From: a virus
Lineage: Duplodnaviria > Caudoviricetes
Direction: 5' to 3' (one strand)
IMG/VR virus record: IMGVR_UViG_3300020450_001133
Length of the DNA stretch: 64,000 bases
The notes under the pieces are model-generated. The model worked only from the letters and a program-made list of their open reading frames with translations, did not search any database and was not told the origin of the DNA. Position numbers and translations under genes: made by a program. Shown one piece after another: positions 27,625 through 37,500 of this stretch (its first letter is position 1; each line of letters begins with the position of its first letter).

Positions 27625-28647
27625 TTAAAGTTGGGTAACTAATCTTCCAAACTTTTTATTAGAATCTGTATCGTAAATAAAGAATTGGTCTATATATTGT
27701 TGTGGCATAGACTCAATGCCTTGATAAATTTGGTATTGAGGGGTGAGTTTTTCATAATGTTTGTCAACAAAGTCTAAGTATTCTTGTCTCCATTCCTCTA
27801 CATCAAATCTCCAAGAGCAACCATGTATATGTGCATCTTTGTGAATTATAGATTGTATATTAGGGCCTAACACATTTAATTTATTATTGTATGTTTTCAT
27901 AGCACCACATAAACATAGATGAGATTGTTGGTTTAATTTTGTTAATGCTATAAGCATTCTTTCAGAACATACGTTTGCATGATAATAATCTATACCATTA
28001 GGGAAAGCATTTTCGAAAACTTTACTAATTTTTGCTATTCCTCCTTGTGCTGGTAATAGTACTCCTATGCCACCAATATTATCTATATAATCTACTTTTT
28101 CTTGTGTTGATGTAATACCGTAAACTGTTAATCCATCTGCAACTGCCATTTGAACAAACAGTTGTCCTACTCCACCTGTAGCACCATCTATAACAACAAT
28201 GTCACCAGGGTTTGGATTTAATACTTTCTTTAAAGAATAATATGCTGTGATTCCTACTAATCCATATATAGAAAGATAATCTAGTATTTTATGATTGCCA
28301 GGTATGATTCTTGTGTATTCATTGTCATCTAATTCACTTAGAACTGTATGTGTTCTCCAACCGTGCCTATGTATTATGTTTGAGCCTACAGAAAATTTAG
28401 GATTTTTACTTTCGATTACTGTGCCAACAGCATCACCTTGAATAGGTTGTTTAGGTTTTGTGTTAAAGGGTTCTGCAATCATAGTACCCATTGTGGATCT
28501 AATATATGGGTCTGTGCTACAATAGATATTTTCTATTAATATTTCGCCGGATTGTAGTTCAGGTATTTCTACATCTACAATTTCGAAATCTTCTACTTTT
28601 ATTTTTCCTTCTATAGGATTAAGTATTCTAACTTGTTTTGAAATCAT
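27625..28647 (-). CDS. NADP-dependent MDR oxidoreductase (prostaglandin reductase/CurA-like)
   Basis: STDPYIR, GLVGITAY, GATGGVG, LCGAM..YN. Confidence 0.85.
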   Translation of the reverse strand: MISKQVRILNPIEGKIKVEDFEIVDVEIPELQSGEILIENIYCSTDPYIRSTMGTMIAEPFNTKPKQPIQGDAVGTVIESKNPKFSVGSNIIHRHGWRTHTVLSELDDNEYTRIIPGNHKILDYLSIYGLVGITAYYSLKKVLNPNPGDIVVIDGATGGVGQLFVQMAVADGLTVYGITSTQEKVDYIDNIGGIGVLLPAQGGIAKISKVFENAFPNGIDYYHANVCSERMLIALTKLNQQSHLCLCGAMKTYNNKLNVLGPNIQSIIHKDAHIHGCSWRFDVEEWRQEYLDFVDKHYEKLTPQYQIYQGIESMPQQYIDQFFIYDTDSNKKFGRLVTQL

Positions 28648-29315
28648 CCGAATTTACTGTAATACTCTTCGAGTCTTTGTGTCCAAAGGTCGCAATACAT
28701 TTCAAATCTTGCTCCTTCAATAATAAACTCTTTGAGTTTTACATCTCTACTTACCATTAGTATAACACCTTTTTTTATGTCTGTGCCATACATCTCGTTG
28801 TGTGCTAATGCATAAGCACAACATTGTAAATAGTAATCTTCAATCCATTCTTCTTTTTTAATTTTCTTACTTGTTTTAAAGTCAATGATTGCGTCTTCAC
28901 CATTATGTACACCGACACAATCAGTTGTGCCTGCATATAGTCCTGGTGCAATAAGTCCTATTTCAGTACCCCAAACTTCATCTACATTAGCAAAACCTTC
29001 GTTAATCATAAGTTCACTCATATCTTTTGCCATAACACTTACCATGTTATTTCCAAATTCAACTGTCTCACCCAGTATATATTTTTCTATTGCATTGTGA
29101 ACTTTTGTGCCTAATCCTGCACTTTCTTTACTAACTCTATTTGCTTCTTGTTCACCAACTCTTTTACGCCAGGCAATAAGAGCAGTTTTGTCTGAAGTTT
29201 TATCCAAAATAGTTGTTACACTAGGAACTGGTATATTGTCATCTCCAACATACTTTCTTCCTTCTGCAGTTGTAACTCTTTCTAATTTTTTATATTGTAT
29301 TTTTTCTATGAGCAT
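28644..29315 (-). CDS. PD-(D/E)XK exonuclease
   Basis: PSVTTIL, GTKVH, YAGTTDCV, IIDFKTS, YYLQCCAYA. Confidence 0.88.
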   Translation of the reverse strand: MLIEKIQYKKLERVTTAEGRKYVGDDNIPVPSVTTILDKTSDKTALIAWRKRVGEQEANRVSKESAGLGTKVHNAIEKYILGETVEFGNNMVSVMAKDMSELMINEGFANVDEVWGTEIGLIAPGLYAGTTDCVGVHNGEDAIIDFKTSKKIKKEEWIEDYYLQCCAYALAHNEMYGTDIKKGVILMVSRDVKLKEFIIEGARFEMYCDLWTQRLEEYYSKFG

Positions 29316-30010
29316 TTTATTTGAGGTTCCAAGTTTTGCATGTATGTTGCAAAGTTTTTTTGTGTTTTATTTCCAAAATGTTGATTATCCGATGCTTTGT
29401 CTATAATTAATTTTTTATGATTCCTTAAAAATCTTACACTATTTGAATTAACATATTTTAGTTCAATATTTTCTTTTTCACAAAAATATGATAAATGATT
29501 GATTTCCCTATTATTATAGTACATTTTTGTATCTAAGTCAATGTATTTGTAGTTCTTAAGTGCTCCTTCATTAAATGGAATAAGTGCATAATCTTTACCG
29601 TTTTTAAATACTACTAATCGTTCAGCATGTGGACAAAACAACATAAGTTTTTTGAAAGGTTTTTCTTCATATATTGCTTTTGCAATATCTACCATGTCAT
29701 ATATAGAAGCACCTGGTATACCTGCATTGTAGCAGTTTTCTATATGCCAGGGCCAAGGTGTAGAACACCCAGAACCAAATGTATGACTACAACCTACAGC
29801 AAGTGTATAATCATCGTCATATTCATCTAACTCTTTTCCGTCTACTGTTCTGTGCCATAGGCTATTCATAAAGTATTCATTGTCGTTTGACTTGTCACCA
29901 AACATATTTTTATGAACAACTCTTCTTTCGTAAAATTTTTTTGATAAGTTTTCGTAGAGATTTTCTTCAGTTCTACGCACAATATTTTCCATTACCGATA
30001 GGATACTCAT
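29306..30010 (-). CDS. SGNH/GDSL-like hypothetical protein
   Basis: LAVGCSHTFG, NAGIPGAS, DNQHFG. Confidence 0.55.
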   Translation of the reverse strand: MSILSVMENIVRRTEENLYENLSKKFYERRVVHKNMFGDKSNDNEYFMNSLWHRTVDGKELDEYDDDYTLAVGCSHTFGSGCSTPWPWHIENCYNAGIPGASIYDMVDIAKAIYEEKPFKKLMLFCPHAERLVVFKNGKDYALIPFNEGALKNYKYIDLDTKMYYNNREINHLSYFCEKENIELKYVNSNSVRFLRNHKKLIIDKASDNQHFGNKTQKNFATYMQNLEPQIKCS

Positions 30011-30029
30011 GCAACTATTTATTTGTGGG

Positions 30030-30392
30030 TTATACTAATCCAGGATCTTTTACGGCATCTAATGCCTGGTCTTGTGCCATTGCGGCTACATCAGTTCCTG
30101 TTTCTTCTTCGCCTTCTGGTCCGGCATCTTCGGGCTCTGCCATATCATTTGGTATTTTGCCTTTTGGTGTAATAGAATCTTTATCAATAGCAGTTACCAA
30201 ATCCATTTGTTCTAATGCAGATTTTAGTTCTTCAAAACTCAATAGAAAACCATCAAGTGATAATGATTTTCTAAATTCTTCTGTGGGGATTTCGTTTACG
30301 TCTGAACCTAAGTATTGTGCAAGTCTGTCTTTAATTGCTAATTCGAGTTCATCAAAATATGCCTCCAGTAGTAATACTTCGGCTATTTTCAT
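30030..30392 (-). CDS. Hypothetical head-associated protein
   Basis: N-terminus MKIAEVLLLE resembles a capsid-targeting sequence; acidic. Confidence 0.55.
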   Translation of the reverse strand: MKIAEVLLLEAYFDELELAIKDRLAQYLGSDVNEIPTEEFRKSLSLDGFLLSFEELKSALEQMDLVTAIDKDSITPKGKIPNDMAEPEDAGPEGEEETGTDVAAMAQDQALDAVKDPGLV

Positions 30393-30394
30393 TT

Positions 30395-31681
30395 TTAAAC
30401 TCCTGCGTCGACTACTGGATCTGCTGGTACTTCGCCGGCTGGTTCTACTTCTGCTCTACCTAGTGGTTCTTCTTCTGGTCCTGCCGCCGCTGGTACATTA
30501 TCAACTGGAGCATCAACTGGTACTTCAGCATCAACTGGAGCATCCATAGGAGCACCTGCGTCTGCTAGTGAACCCATTCCTGTTAATTGTCCTACAACTG
30601 CATCAACACCATCTTTACCTACTTTGTTTGCATCTAATAGTGCTTGTAAAGATTGTTCCATTTGGTCTTTAATTTGACCTGCTTGGTCAACTCCAAACTC
30701 GGCAACCATTTGGTCTGCTATTGCTGGAATGTCTTCATTTACCATACGACCAATTCTTTCAATGTGATTTTGTACATCATCTGCTAATGCTCTGATTGCC
30801 ATAACAACTTCTGCTTGTTCAACTTCAACTTCTTCTGCAATCATATCATCTACAATGTCATCAAACATTTTGCTTTCTTTCTTTGCTTGTGATTTTTCAT
30901 CTGAAGTATCGCCAGATACTTTGTAAGTTTTGCCATCTACTTCAAACTCTTTTTCGCCTTTTTCAATAGCATCTTGTCTAGCACCTGTAAATTTGTTTTG
31001 CTCTCCAATTTTTGCACCAAACATTTGGATACCTGGAGTAATGCTGTCTAGTTCTAAACCATTTAAGAAACCTACAACTGCATCTCTGCTTTTTCCACTT
31101 ACGTTAGCAAATGTTCCAAGTTTTTCTTCAATAGCATCATAGTTTTCTACAGTTTCTAAATCTATACCAACTTCTTTTGCAAGTTCTCTTAATACAGGTT
31201 CATTAATATCAGATTCAATAGATTCTCTATTGCAACTTGACTCGTATGCTTTTGCGGCTTTAATCACTATCGGTAAAACAAATTCATCATCATAAGCATA
31301 TCGGGGGTCTTGTCTATATCTGTTCATGCATTCTGCACATGCTTCATCAACGGTGTATCCACCATCCATTAAGTTTTGTACTTCTGCATTAAGTTCTTGT
31401 CTCATGCCTTCTAGTGCTGGACTATCAGCATATACGCCTTCTTCAAGCATTGTGTCTATGACATCTCTTACACCTAAATACTTTGCGTATTCAGGATCAA
31501 TATTAAATTTTTTGTTAGTGTTTCTAAGTCTGACTACATGCATTTCTGCTTTTTCACGAACTTTTTCTAGTTTGTTTCTTGTATGAAAGCCAGTAACTTT
31601 AACACCATGGTTTTCCTTAAGATAGTTATTCATTGCTTTGATTCTATCTAAAGGTGTTTGATTAAAGTTTGCAATTTTCAT
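30395..31681 (-). CDS. Acidic helical protein, possible prohead core/scaffold component
   Basis: Long E/D-rich helices and an A/P/V/D-rich tail; function inferred only. Confidence 0.45.
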   Translation of the reverse strand: MKIANFNQTPLDRIKAMNNYLKENHGVKVTGFHTRNKLEKVREKAEMHVVRLRNTNKKFNIDPEYAKYLGVRDVIDTMLEEGVYADSPALEGMRQELNAEVQNLMDGGYTVDEACAECMNRYRQDPRYAYDDEFVLPIVIKAAKAYESSCNRESIESDINEPVLRELAKEVGIDLETVENYDAIEEKLGTFANVSGKSRDAVVGFLNGLELDSITPGIQMFGAKIGEQNKFTGARQDAIEKGEKEFEVDGKTYKVSGDTSDEKSQAKKESKMFDDIVDDMIAEEVEVEQAEVVMAIRALADDVQNHIERIGRMVNEDIPAIADQMVAEFGVDQAGQIKDQMEQSLQALLDANKVGKDGVDAVVGQLTGMGSLADAGAPMDAPVDAEVPVDAPVDNVPAAAGPEEEPLGRAEVEPAGEVPADPVVDAGV

Positions 31682-31749
31682 TTTGTTTTCCCGATAAAAT
31701 AAATTTGTTAATTGTATTTATCAATTATTGGAAAAAATATGTCAGTTTG

Positions 31750-32244
31750 TTAGTCTAGGTGTGTTGCATGTAACACATTAATACCTAATTTATCTTGTAA
31801 ACAATCTCTTTCGTGTCGTAATTTTGATACAGATATGTCAATTCTTGCTTCAGTTGAGAAGAATTTAACAGTATCTTTAGTGGTTTTTAGTGTATGCTTG
31901 TAGAAAAATAAATCATTCAAATGTTTTTCTATAATAGGTTGGTATTGCCTTAATGTTTCATTAAACTTTTCTATTACTTTAGGCAATTTCTTTTTATTAG
32001 ATTGTCTAAGAGTGGTTAAGATTTGATTTGCTGTTTCTGGTAATACTATATGTTCAATAATTACAGATTTAGTTGTGCCATCAACAATACTGTAAATACC
32101 GTTTTTGTCTCTTGATTTAAAAAATATACCTTTCTTAGAAACATTCGCAACACTAGACTCTAACTTTTTTGCTAGTTCTTGCTGTTTCTTTTTAGATAAT
32201 TTCTTTTTGCGGGTATGCTTTGTATTTCGGTTGACCATTATCAT
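31750..32244 (-). CDS. Hypothetical basic protein
   Basis: 164-aa ORF with a K-rich N-terminus. Confidence 0.6.
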   Translation of the reverse strand: MIMVNRNTKHTRKKKLSKKKQQELAKKLESSVANVSKKGIFFKSRDKNGIYSIVDGTTKSVIIEHIVLPETANQILTTLRQSNKKKLPKVIEKFNETLRQYQPIIEKHLNDLFFYKHTLKTTKDTVKFFSTEARIDISVSKLRHERDCLQDKLGINVLHATHLD

Positions 32245-32410
32245 TAATTCTGAGAACTAATCCTCTCTTTCTCAATTCCTTTGCTGTGTGTACTTCATTT
32301 TCTGTAAGTTCATACTCATATATACCTTTTTCGCTACGCAACTTGTCAAAGAAGTGAAACTCTTTACTGCTAACGAATGTGGAACCATGTTTATTTTTTA
32401 GAACTTTCAT
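32192..32410 (-). CDS. Hypothetical protein
   Basis: 72-aa ORF with ATGA coupling to the upstream gene. Confidence 0.55.
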   Translation of the reverse strand: MKVLKNKHGSTFVSSKEFHFFDKLRSEKGIYEYELTENEVHTAKELRKRGLVLRINDNGQPKYKAYPQKEII

Positions 32411-32604
32411 CGTTTTATTATAGAACTCTTTAATTTCTTTTTAGGACCTGGCTTCTTGTGTGCATGTTTTGTCTTTTTAGGCTTTTTAGGTCTTTGGACA
32501 ACACGTTGTACATCATTTGCAATTGGTTTTACAACTGTGGCAACTGCACCTGCACTCATGCCTCCTACTGATGCTGTCTCTTGAATTATTTCATGTATCT
32601 TCAT
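32407..32604 (-). CDS. Small basic protein with capsid-targeting-like N-terminus
   Basis: True start probably MKIHEIIQE at 32604, preceded by ATAAATA-CTAGC; K-rich tail. Confidence 0.6.
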   Translation of the reverse strand: MKIHEIIQETASVGGMSAGAVATVVKPIANDVQRVVQRPKKPKKTKHAHKKPGPKKKLKSSIIKR

Positions 32605-32612
32605 GCTAGTAT

Positions 32613-34520
32613 TTATCCTTTTTTCTTGCCGGCTTTCATATTTGCACACCAGTGATACATTTTTCCTTTCTCACCACTGTACTTTTTTGCTTTTGCACGA
32701 AGACTACTCACTGAGCCTTTACAACTAGCACCTGCTTTTTTTACTCTACCAGGTCTGCTTTTGCCTTTCTTTTTACCGTCAGCAAAGTTTTCATCTACAA
32801 TCTCTGCTGGTATTACATCTCTGCCAACACGTTTTGCTTGATACACTCTGTGAAAGCCATCAAGTATTGTTTTGCCATCTTTGTCTATCAGTATCGGGTC
32901 GTCTAAATCAACACCTACATCTGGATCAGTATCTATTACTCTGCCAAAACGGTCATCAATTGCTTCGTCATCTAAGTCTGCTACTTTAACTTTAATTAAT
33001 TTTGTCTTTTTGTCTTTAACATAATCTTTTACAGCAGGATTTAGATTTCTTTCATTAACATTCTTATAAACACTATACAACACAGGATTATTACCACAAC
33101 CAAGTTCATCGTTTGCTACACCTCTTATAAGTGCTTTTTGTCCTTGTCTGCTATCAAAGTCTCTATAAACATCTGCATAAACATCATCTATAGAATTATC
33201 GTCATGCCCATCATTACATTCATCTGTAAATCCTTCGTAGTGTACTATGTAATCTCCAACAGTATCTCTACCTACATCTGTGGGTACTAATTTATTTACA
33301 AACTCATCTACTTCTTTTGGTAAAGGCTTTTTATATCTATCTGGATCAAATACAGAACCTTTTGAATGTGCTAATGGATTGTATTCTGCTTTTTTATCAT
33401 GTGCTTTTTTATATTCTTTAGCACCTTGTTTTAAATCATCAAGTGCTTTTTTTAAAACACTTTTCATATCTTCTGTAACTCTTTTCTTTTTAGGCTTTTT
33501 TCTGCATTTCCAAACTTTGTCTGTGCTACAAAAATACTTACCATGTTTACAATTACTAGCATCTTCTGATGTGAGCATTGTTGTAAGTTTATTTTGCAAA
33601 CTGTCCATTACTGCTTGGTCACTAACTTTATGTGAAAAATGTTTCATTAATTCTTCAATGTCAGCATCTACAATAATTGCTTTTACTTTATCTATGCCTA
33701 ATATGTTTGCGGCATCAAATCTATGATGACCATTTACAAGATATCCTTTTTTATCTATTATAAAAGGTCTGTAATCTCCATCAAAGAACATGTTCTCTGC
33801 TCTTTTACTTAATCCATCTACTCTTTGACTTTGTACAGGTTTAATTTTGTCTAATGTAATAGTGCCTTGTTTAAAACTAAATGGTGAATCTTTAATGTCT
33901 CTTTTTCTTATTTGGGGTAATTGATTTCTATTAAAGTGCTTGTCGCTAACATGTCTTTCATATTCTTCTTCTATACCTTGTCTTAGTCTAATAACACCAC
34001 AACCTAATCTATCTCCAGCATTACCTGTTTTAAGACTTTCTTCATCTCCGCCTTTACCTAAATCATCTCTGCCGGCGTGTACAACAACTGCTCTACCAAC
34101 TACACTTCTATCACCACTTAAATCTACACGTCTGGCAACAATTTTAAATCTTGCTTCACCTTGTTCATTTGCTGTGACATTACCTAAATCTCCAACATGC
34201 CCACCATCTATGTCACCATGGTCAACTCCGTCTGGATTATAATGACCACCTGCACTAGCACAGCCATCACTTAAATCGCCAAATTCGTGTATGTGGAATC
34301 CATGTTCGCCTGGCTCTAATCCTTTTATAAGTCCTCTAATTATTGTAGGCTTGCCTGGTTCTTGTTTCATTTTAATGATGCCTTGCACATCACCTTCTGT
34401 ATGCTCAAAATTTACAAGTGCTTTTATAGTTTCTTCTGCTTCATTAAATGTATGCAAAGATTCACATTGGCATTGTGTTTCTCTAGTTCTAGGACATTTG
34501 TTTAAATCATTTGCCCTCAT
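32613..34520 (-). CDS. Fusion: Cu/Zn superoxide dismutase + two ParB/Srx-like domains + basic modules
   Basis: HGFHIH, GCASAGGHYNP, DHG, GHVGDLGN, VVHAG, RLGCGVI (all SOD1 ligands present); LVNGHHR and ILDGFHR ParB-like motifs. Confidence 0.85.
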   Translation of the reverse strand: MRANDLNKCPRTRETQCQCESLHTFNEAEETIKALVNFEHTEGDVQGIIKMKQEPGKPTIIRGLIKGLEPGEHGFHIHEFGDLSDGCASAGGHYNPDGVDHGDIDGGHVGDLGNVTANEQGEARFKIVARRVDLSGDRSVVGRAVVVHAGRDDLGKGGDEESLKTGNAGDRLGCGVIRLRQGIEEEYERHVSDKHFNRNQLPQIRKRDIKDSPFSFKQGTITLDKIKPVQSQRVDGLSKRAENMFFDGDYRPFIIDKKGYLVNGHHRFDAANILGIDKVKAIIVDADIEELMKHFSHKVSDQAVMDSLQNKLTTMLTSEDASNCKHGKYFCSTDKVWKCRKKPKKKRVTEDMKSVLKKALDDLKQGAKEYKKAHDKKAEYNPLAHSKGSVFDPDRYKKPLPKEVDEFVNKLVPTDVGRDTVGDYIVHYEGFTDECNDGHDDNSIDDVYADVYRDFDSRQGQKALIRGVANDELGCGNNPVLYSVYKNVNERNLNPAVKDYVKDKKTKLIKVKVADLDDEAIDDRFGRVIDTDPDVGVDLDDPILIDKDGKTILDGFHRVYQAKRVGRDVIPAEIVDENFADGKKKGKSRPGRVKKAGASCKGSVSSLRAKAKKYSGEKGKMYHWCANMKAGKKKG

Positions 34521-37500
34521 TATACTGTTCCTTTCTTAAGACTTAATTGTGCCCATTGTTCTCTACCAGCACCAGCCTGTGTAGGTATAATACTAATAGA
34601 GGTAGCCATTGCATGTCCACTACGTCTAAATGCAATTAAGTCATTTTCATTTTTAATCATTGCAGTTTTTTGGTTAGGAATACTAATTAAAAGTAAAGCA
34701 TCAAAATCATCTCTGTCTTTATACCATAAGAAGTTTTGTCTTAGATATGCATTTTCAATATTTTCTGCACTTGCATCTTTGGCTATTACATCACATATAG
34801 GAAGTGCAAATTCTTCCATATCCATTCTAAATAAATCTTCTGCAATTTGTCTTCTTAATTTTTGATTGTTAGGATCTGTTGGAGGTAAATCTGCATTAAG
34901 TCCATTAATAAATTTTGTAAATCCTAAACTTCCGCCTACACCACCAATTGCACCCATAACTGTTGGAATTCTTTCTGCATACTTTTCTATTACTGCCTGT
35001 TTAGCCTTTTGGCTTCCGCCACCGTAACCTATTCTTCCACCAGTGCTACTTGTAGCCGCTTTTAGTTCTACTTTACCTATGCCTTCTATTTCTAAGTCAC
35101 CTTCACCAGATGCAAGTTTTATTTTATTACTTAAACATGCTAGTCCGTATTCTCCAGGTCCTTTTTGATTAACACCAACACCATATGACGTTAATGCTCT
35201 AAAGGCTTTTGTGCTAATATCGTCACCAAATACATTTGCAAATGTGTTTAGTGGTTTGTCTAATTCTCCTATATTAACAACTGTTCCTGTTTTTTCTAAT
35301 CTTTCTATAAACTGACTCATTGTTGCATAGTCACTATCAAGTGTACTGATAATTCTAGTAATGTCTTGTATTACTTTTTCTTTTTGTTTATCTGAAAAAG
35401 GTTCGTCCATTAATGGATAACTAAATGCTTTGTCTAATGTTTTTCCTATATCTTCGCTGTTTAATAATTTATATATTCTATCTAATAGGTCTGCATGTTC
35501 TTCATTTGTAGCATCTAAACCACTAATAGTTTTTATGATGTTGTCTTTTTCAGCACCAATATCTTTATATTCTTTAAGCAGTTTAGCAACATGTTGTTTG
35601 CTCCACTCATTTAAATCTATTTTTTCTTTCATGTGGTCTGGTAGTGCATTTACAAAATGTCTTACAATACCTCTAGCACATGCATCTTTACCGCCTTGTG
35701 CTGTTAATTCTCTAAATGCGTTTAACATTTCAGGCATAGGTATAGCCTGGAATGCCAACATTTGTTTTTTAAGGTCGCCTACAGGAAAATGGTCTGCTAA
35801 TATTTTGTTTATAATTTCTATTCTATCAAAGTCATTTGTAGATTCATCTAAACCTTCTTTAGCCATTTTGGTTGCTGTTGCATACATAACTGCTTTGGCA
35901 TCTTTGCCATAACGTTTCTCAAAATCGCCTTTGGACTTTTTCATGCCTTTAACATACTTTTCTTTATCGCTCTTTTCACCTTTTGTCAAAGGTCTTTCAT
36001 TCATCTTTTCAGTTTTCTTTTTCATTTGATTAATGAATGTTCTATATACAGCCGCGGCTGATTTTTTACCTGCCGCTTTGGCACGTTGTTCCATAGCAAC
36101 TGCCGCCTGTATTTTGTGAGCATGTTTTTTACCTGAACTTCTTATCTTACTAACACTAGCCTTTGCGTCTTTCACAGTAGCAAATTTTAATCCTTTAATA
36201 GTGCCTTTGGGATTTTCATCTGTGTACAAGTCACTATGTTTTTTACTTCCTGCTGGTTGTCCTTTTTTACGTGGTATTCTTTTGCCTTCATTTTTCTTTT
36301 TGCCTGCACAATGAGCCTTTTGACTAAAGCCTTTTGGATTACTGCAATTTATACTGTCTTTGTATTTCTTACTCCACTTTTCTAATACTGTGGATTCATT
36401 TATAATAAGCAACTGTTCTTCTAAAGGTAATTTATCGAACCTGTCAAACACACTTTCATTCTGAGCTAGGTATTGTCTACCTTTGGCTAATGCATCTTGG
36501 AAAGTTCTTGGCAGTTGACTATTTGCTTCTTCTTTGTCTATTAATAGTTTTCTCATGACAGCCTTTTTGAAATCTTCGTCATTTCTTGGATTTTTTAAGA
36601 ATCCAACTAAATCGCTTACTTCTGGTCTCAAAATATGATATCCTATGCCATCTTGCATCATAGTATTAAATTCTATATACTTTTCACGCATATCTGCATA
36701 ATCTTGTTCAGTTACTTCGTCAGTTGAAAGATATGTGATACCTACACCATCTGCTTCGTCGTCTGCTCTTCCTCTTCTACTTGGTGGTGGAGCAGAACCT
36801 GAATCACCGTAAATAGAACCTACATCATCTCCAGGACTGCCGTCAGGATTTTTTCTAAAGTAGTTGCCAGCACTTACCATGTAATTCATTTTTATATATT
36901 CTGCGGCGGCTTTTACACTTGCTACCCATCTTTCCATACCAACAACATTTGGTTCTGGTTCTGGTCTCCATTCATGATTACCATCAAAGTTTCTAGCAAC
37001 TTTTTCTAATATGTTTGGACCTTGATTGTCTACACCTCTTTCTATTTTAAAGAAGTCTGCTAAGTTGGTCCAATTTACTGCATCTTGAATAGTGTTAGAT
37101 GCATCGCCTTGCATGTGTTCGACGCCACCTGCATCAATAATTCTTTTATTATCTATTACCCTTATGCCTTTGGGTGTTTGTTCCATTACAGTTTGAATTG
37201 CTTTGTAAAAACCCATGCCTTTGTTTATGACTAAATCATTAACTTTATTTTTAATTTTGTCTGCATCTTTACCGTGATATTTTACCCAATCATATGCCGA
37301 AGAAAGTTTATCATCGTTTTGTATTGTCCAACTGGCGGCACTACTTCTGTTTAAAGGCTCACCTGAATATTTATTTTTTAGTTCTTCGGTAGGTATAAGT
37401 TCTTCAACATCTCCCATACCTGCTCTGCCATCTAACTTTCCAGTAAATTCAATCCTAAATGATTTTGATATTTTTCTTCTATCCTCTCCATCTAATGATA

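Noticed and set aside
28644-29315. Cas4 or CRISPR-associated nuclease
   Set aside because: It lacks the Fe-S cysteine cluster and has no array or cas context; it is a generic phage PD-(D/E)XK exonuclease.
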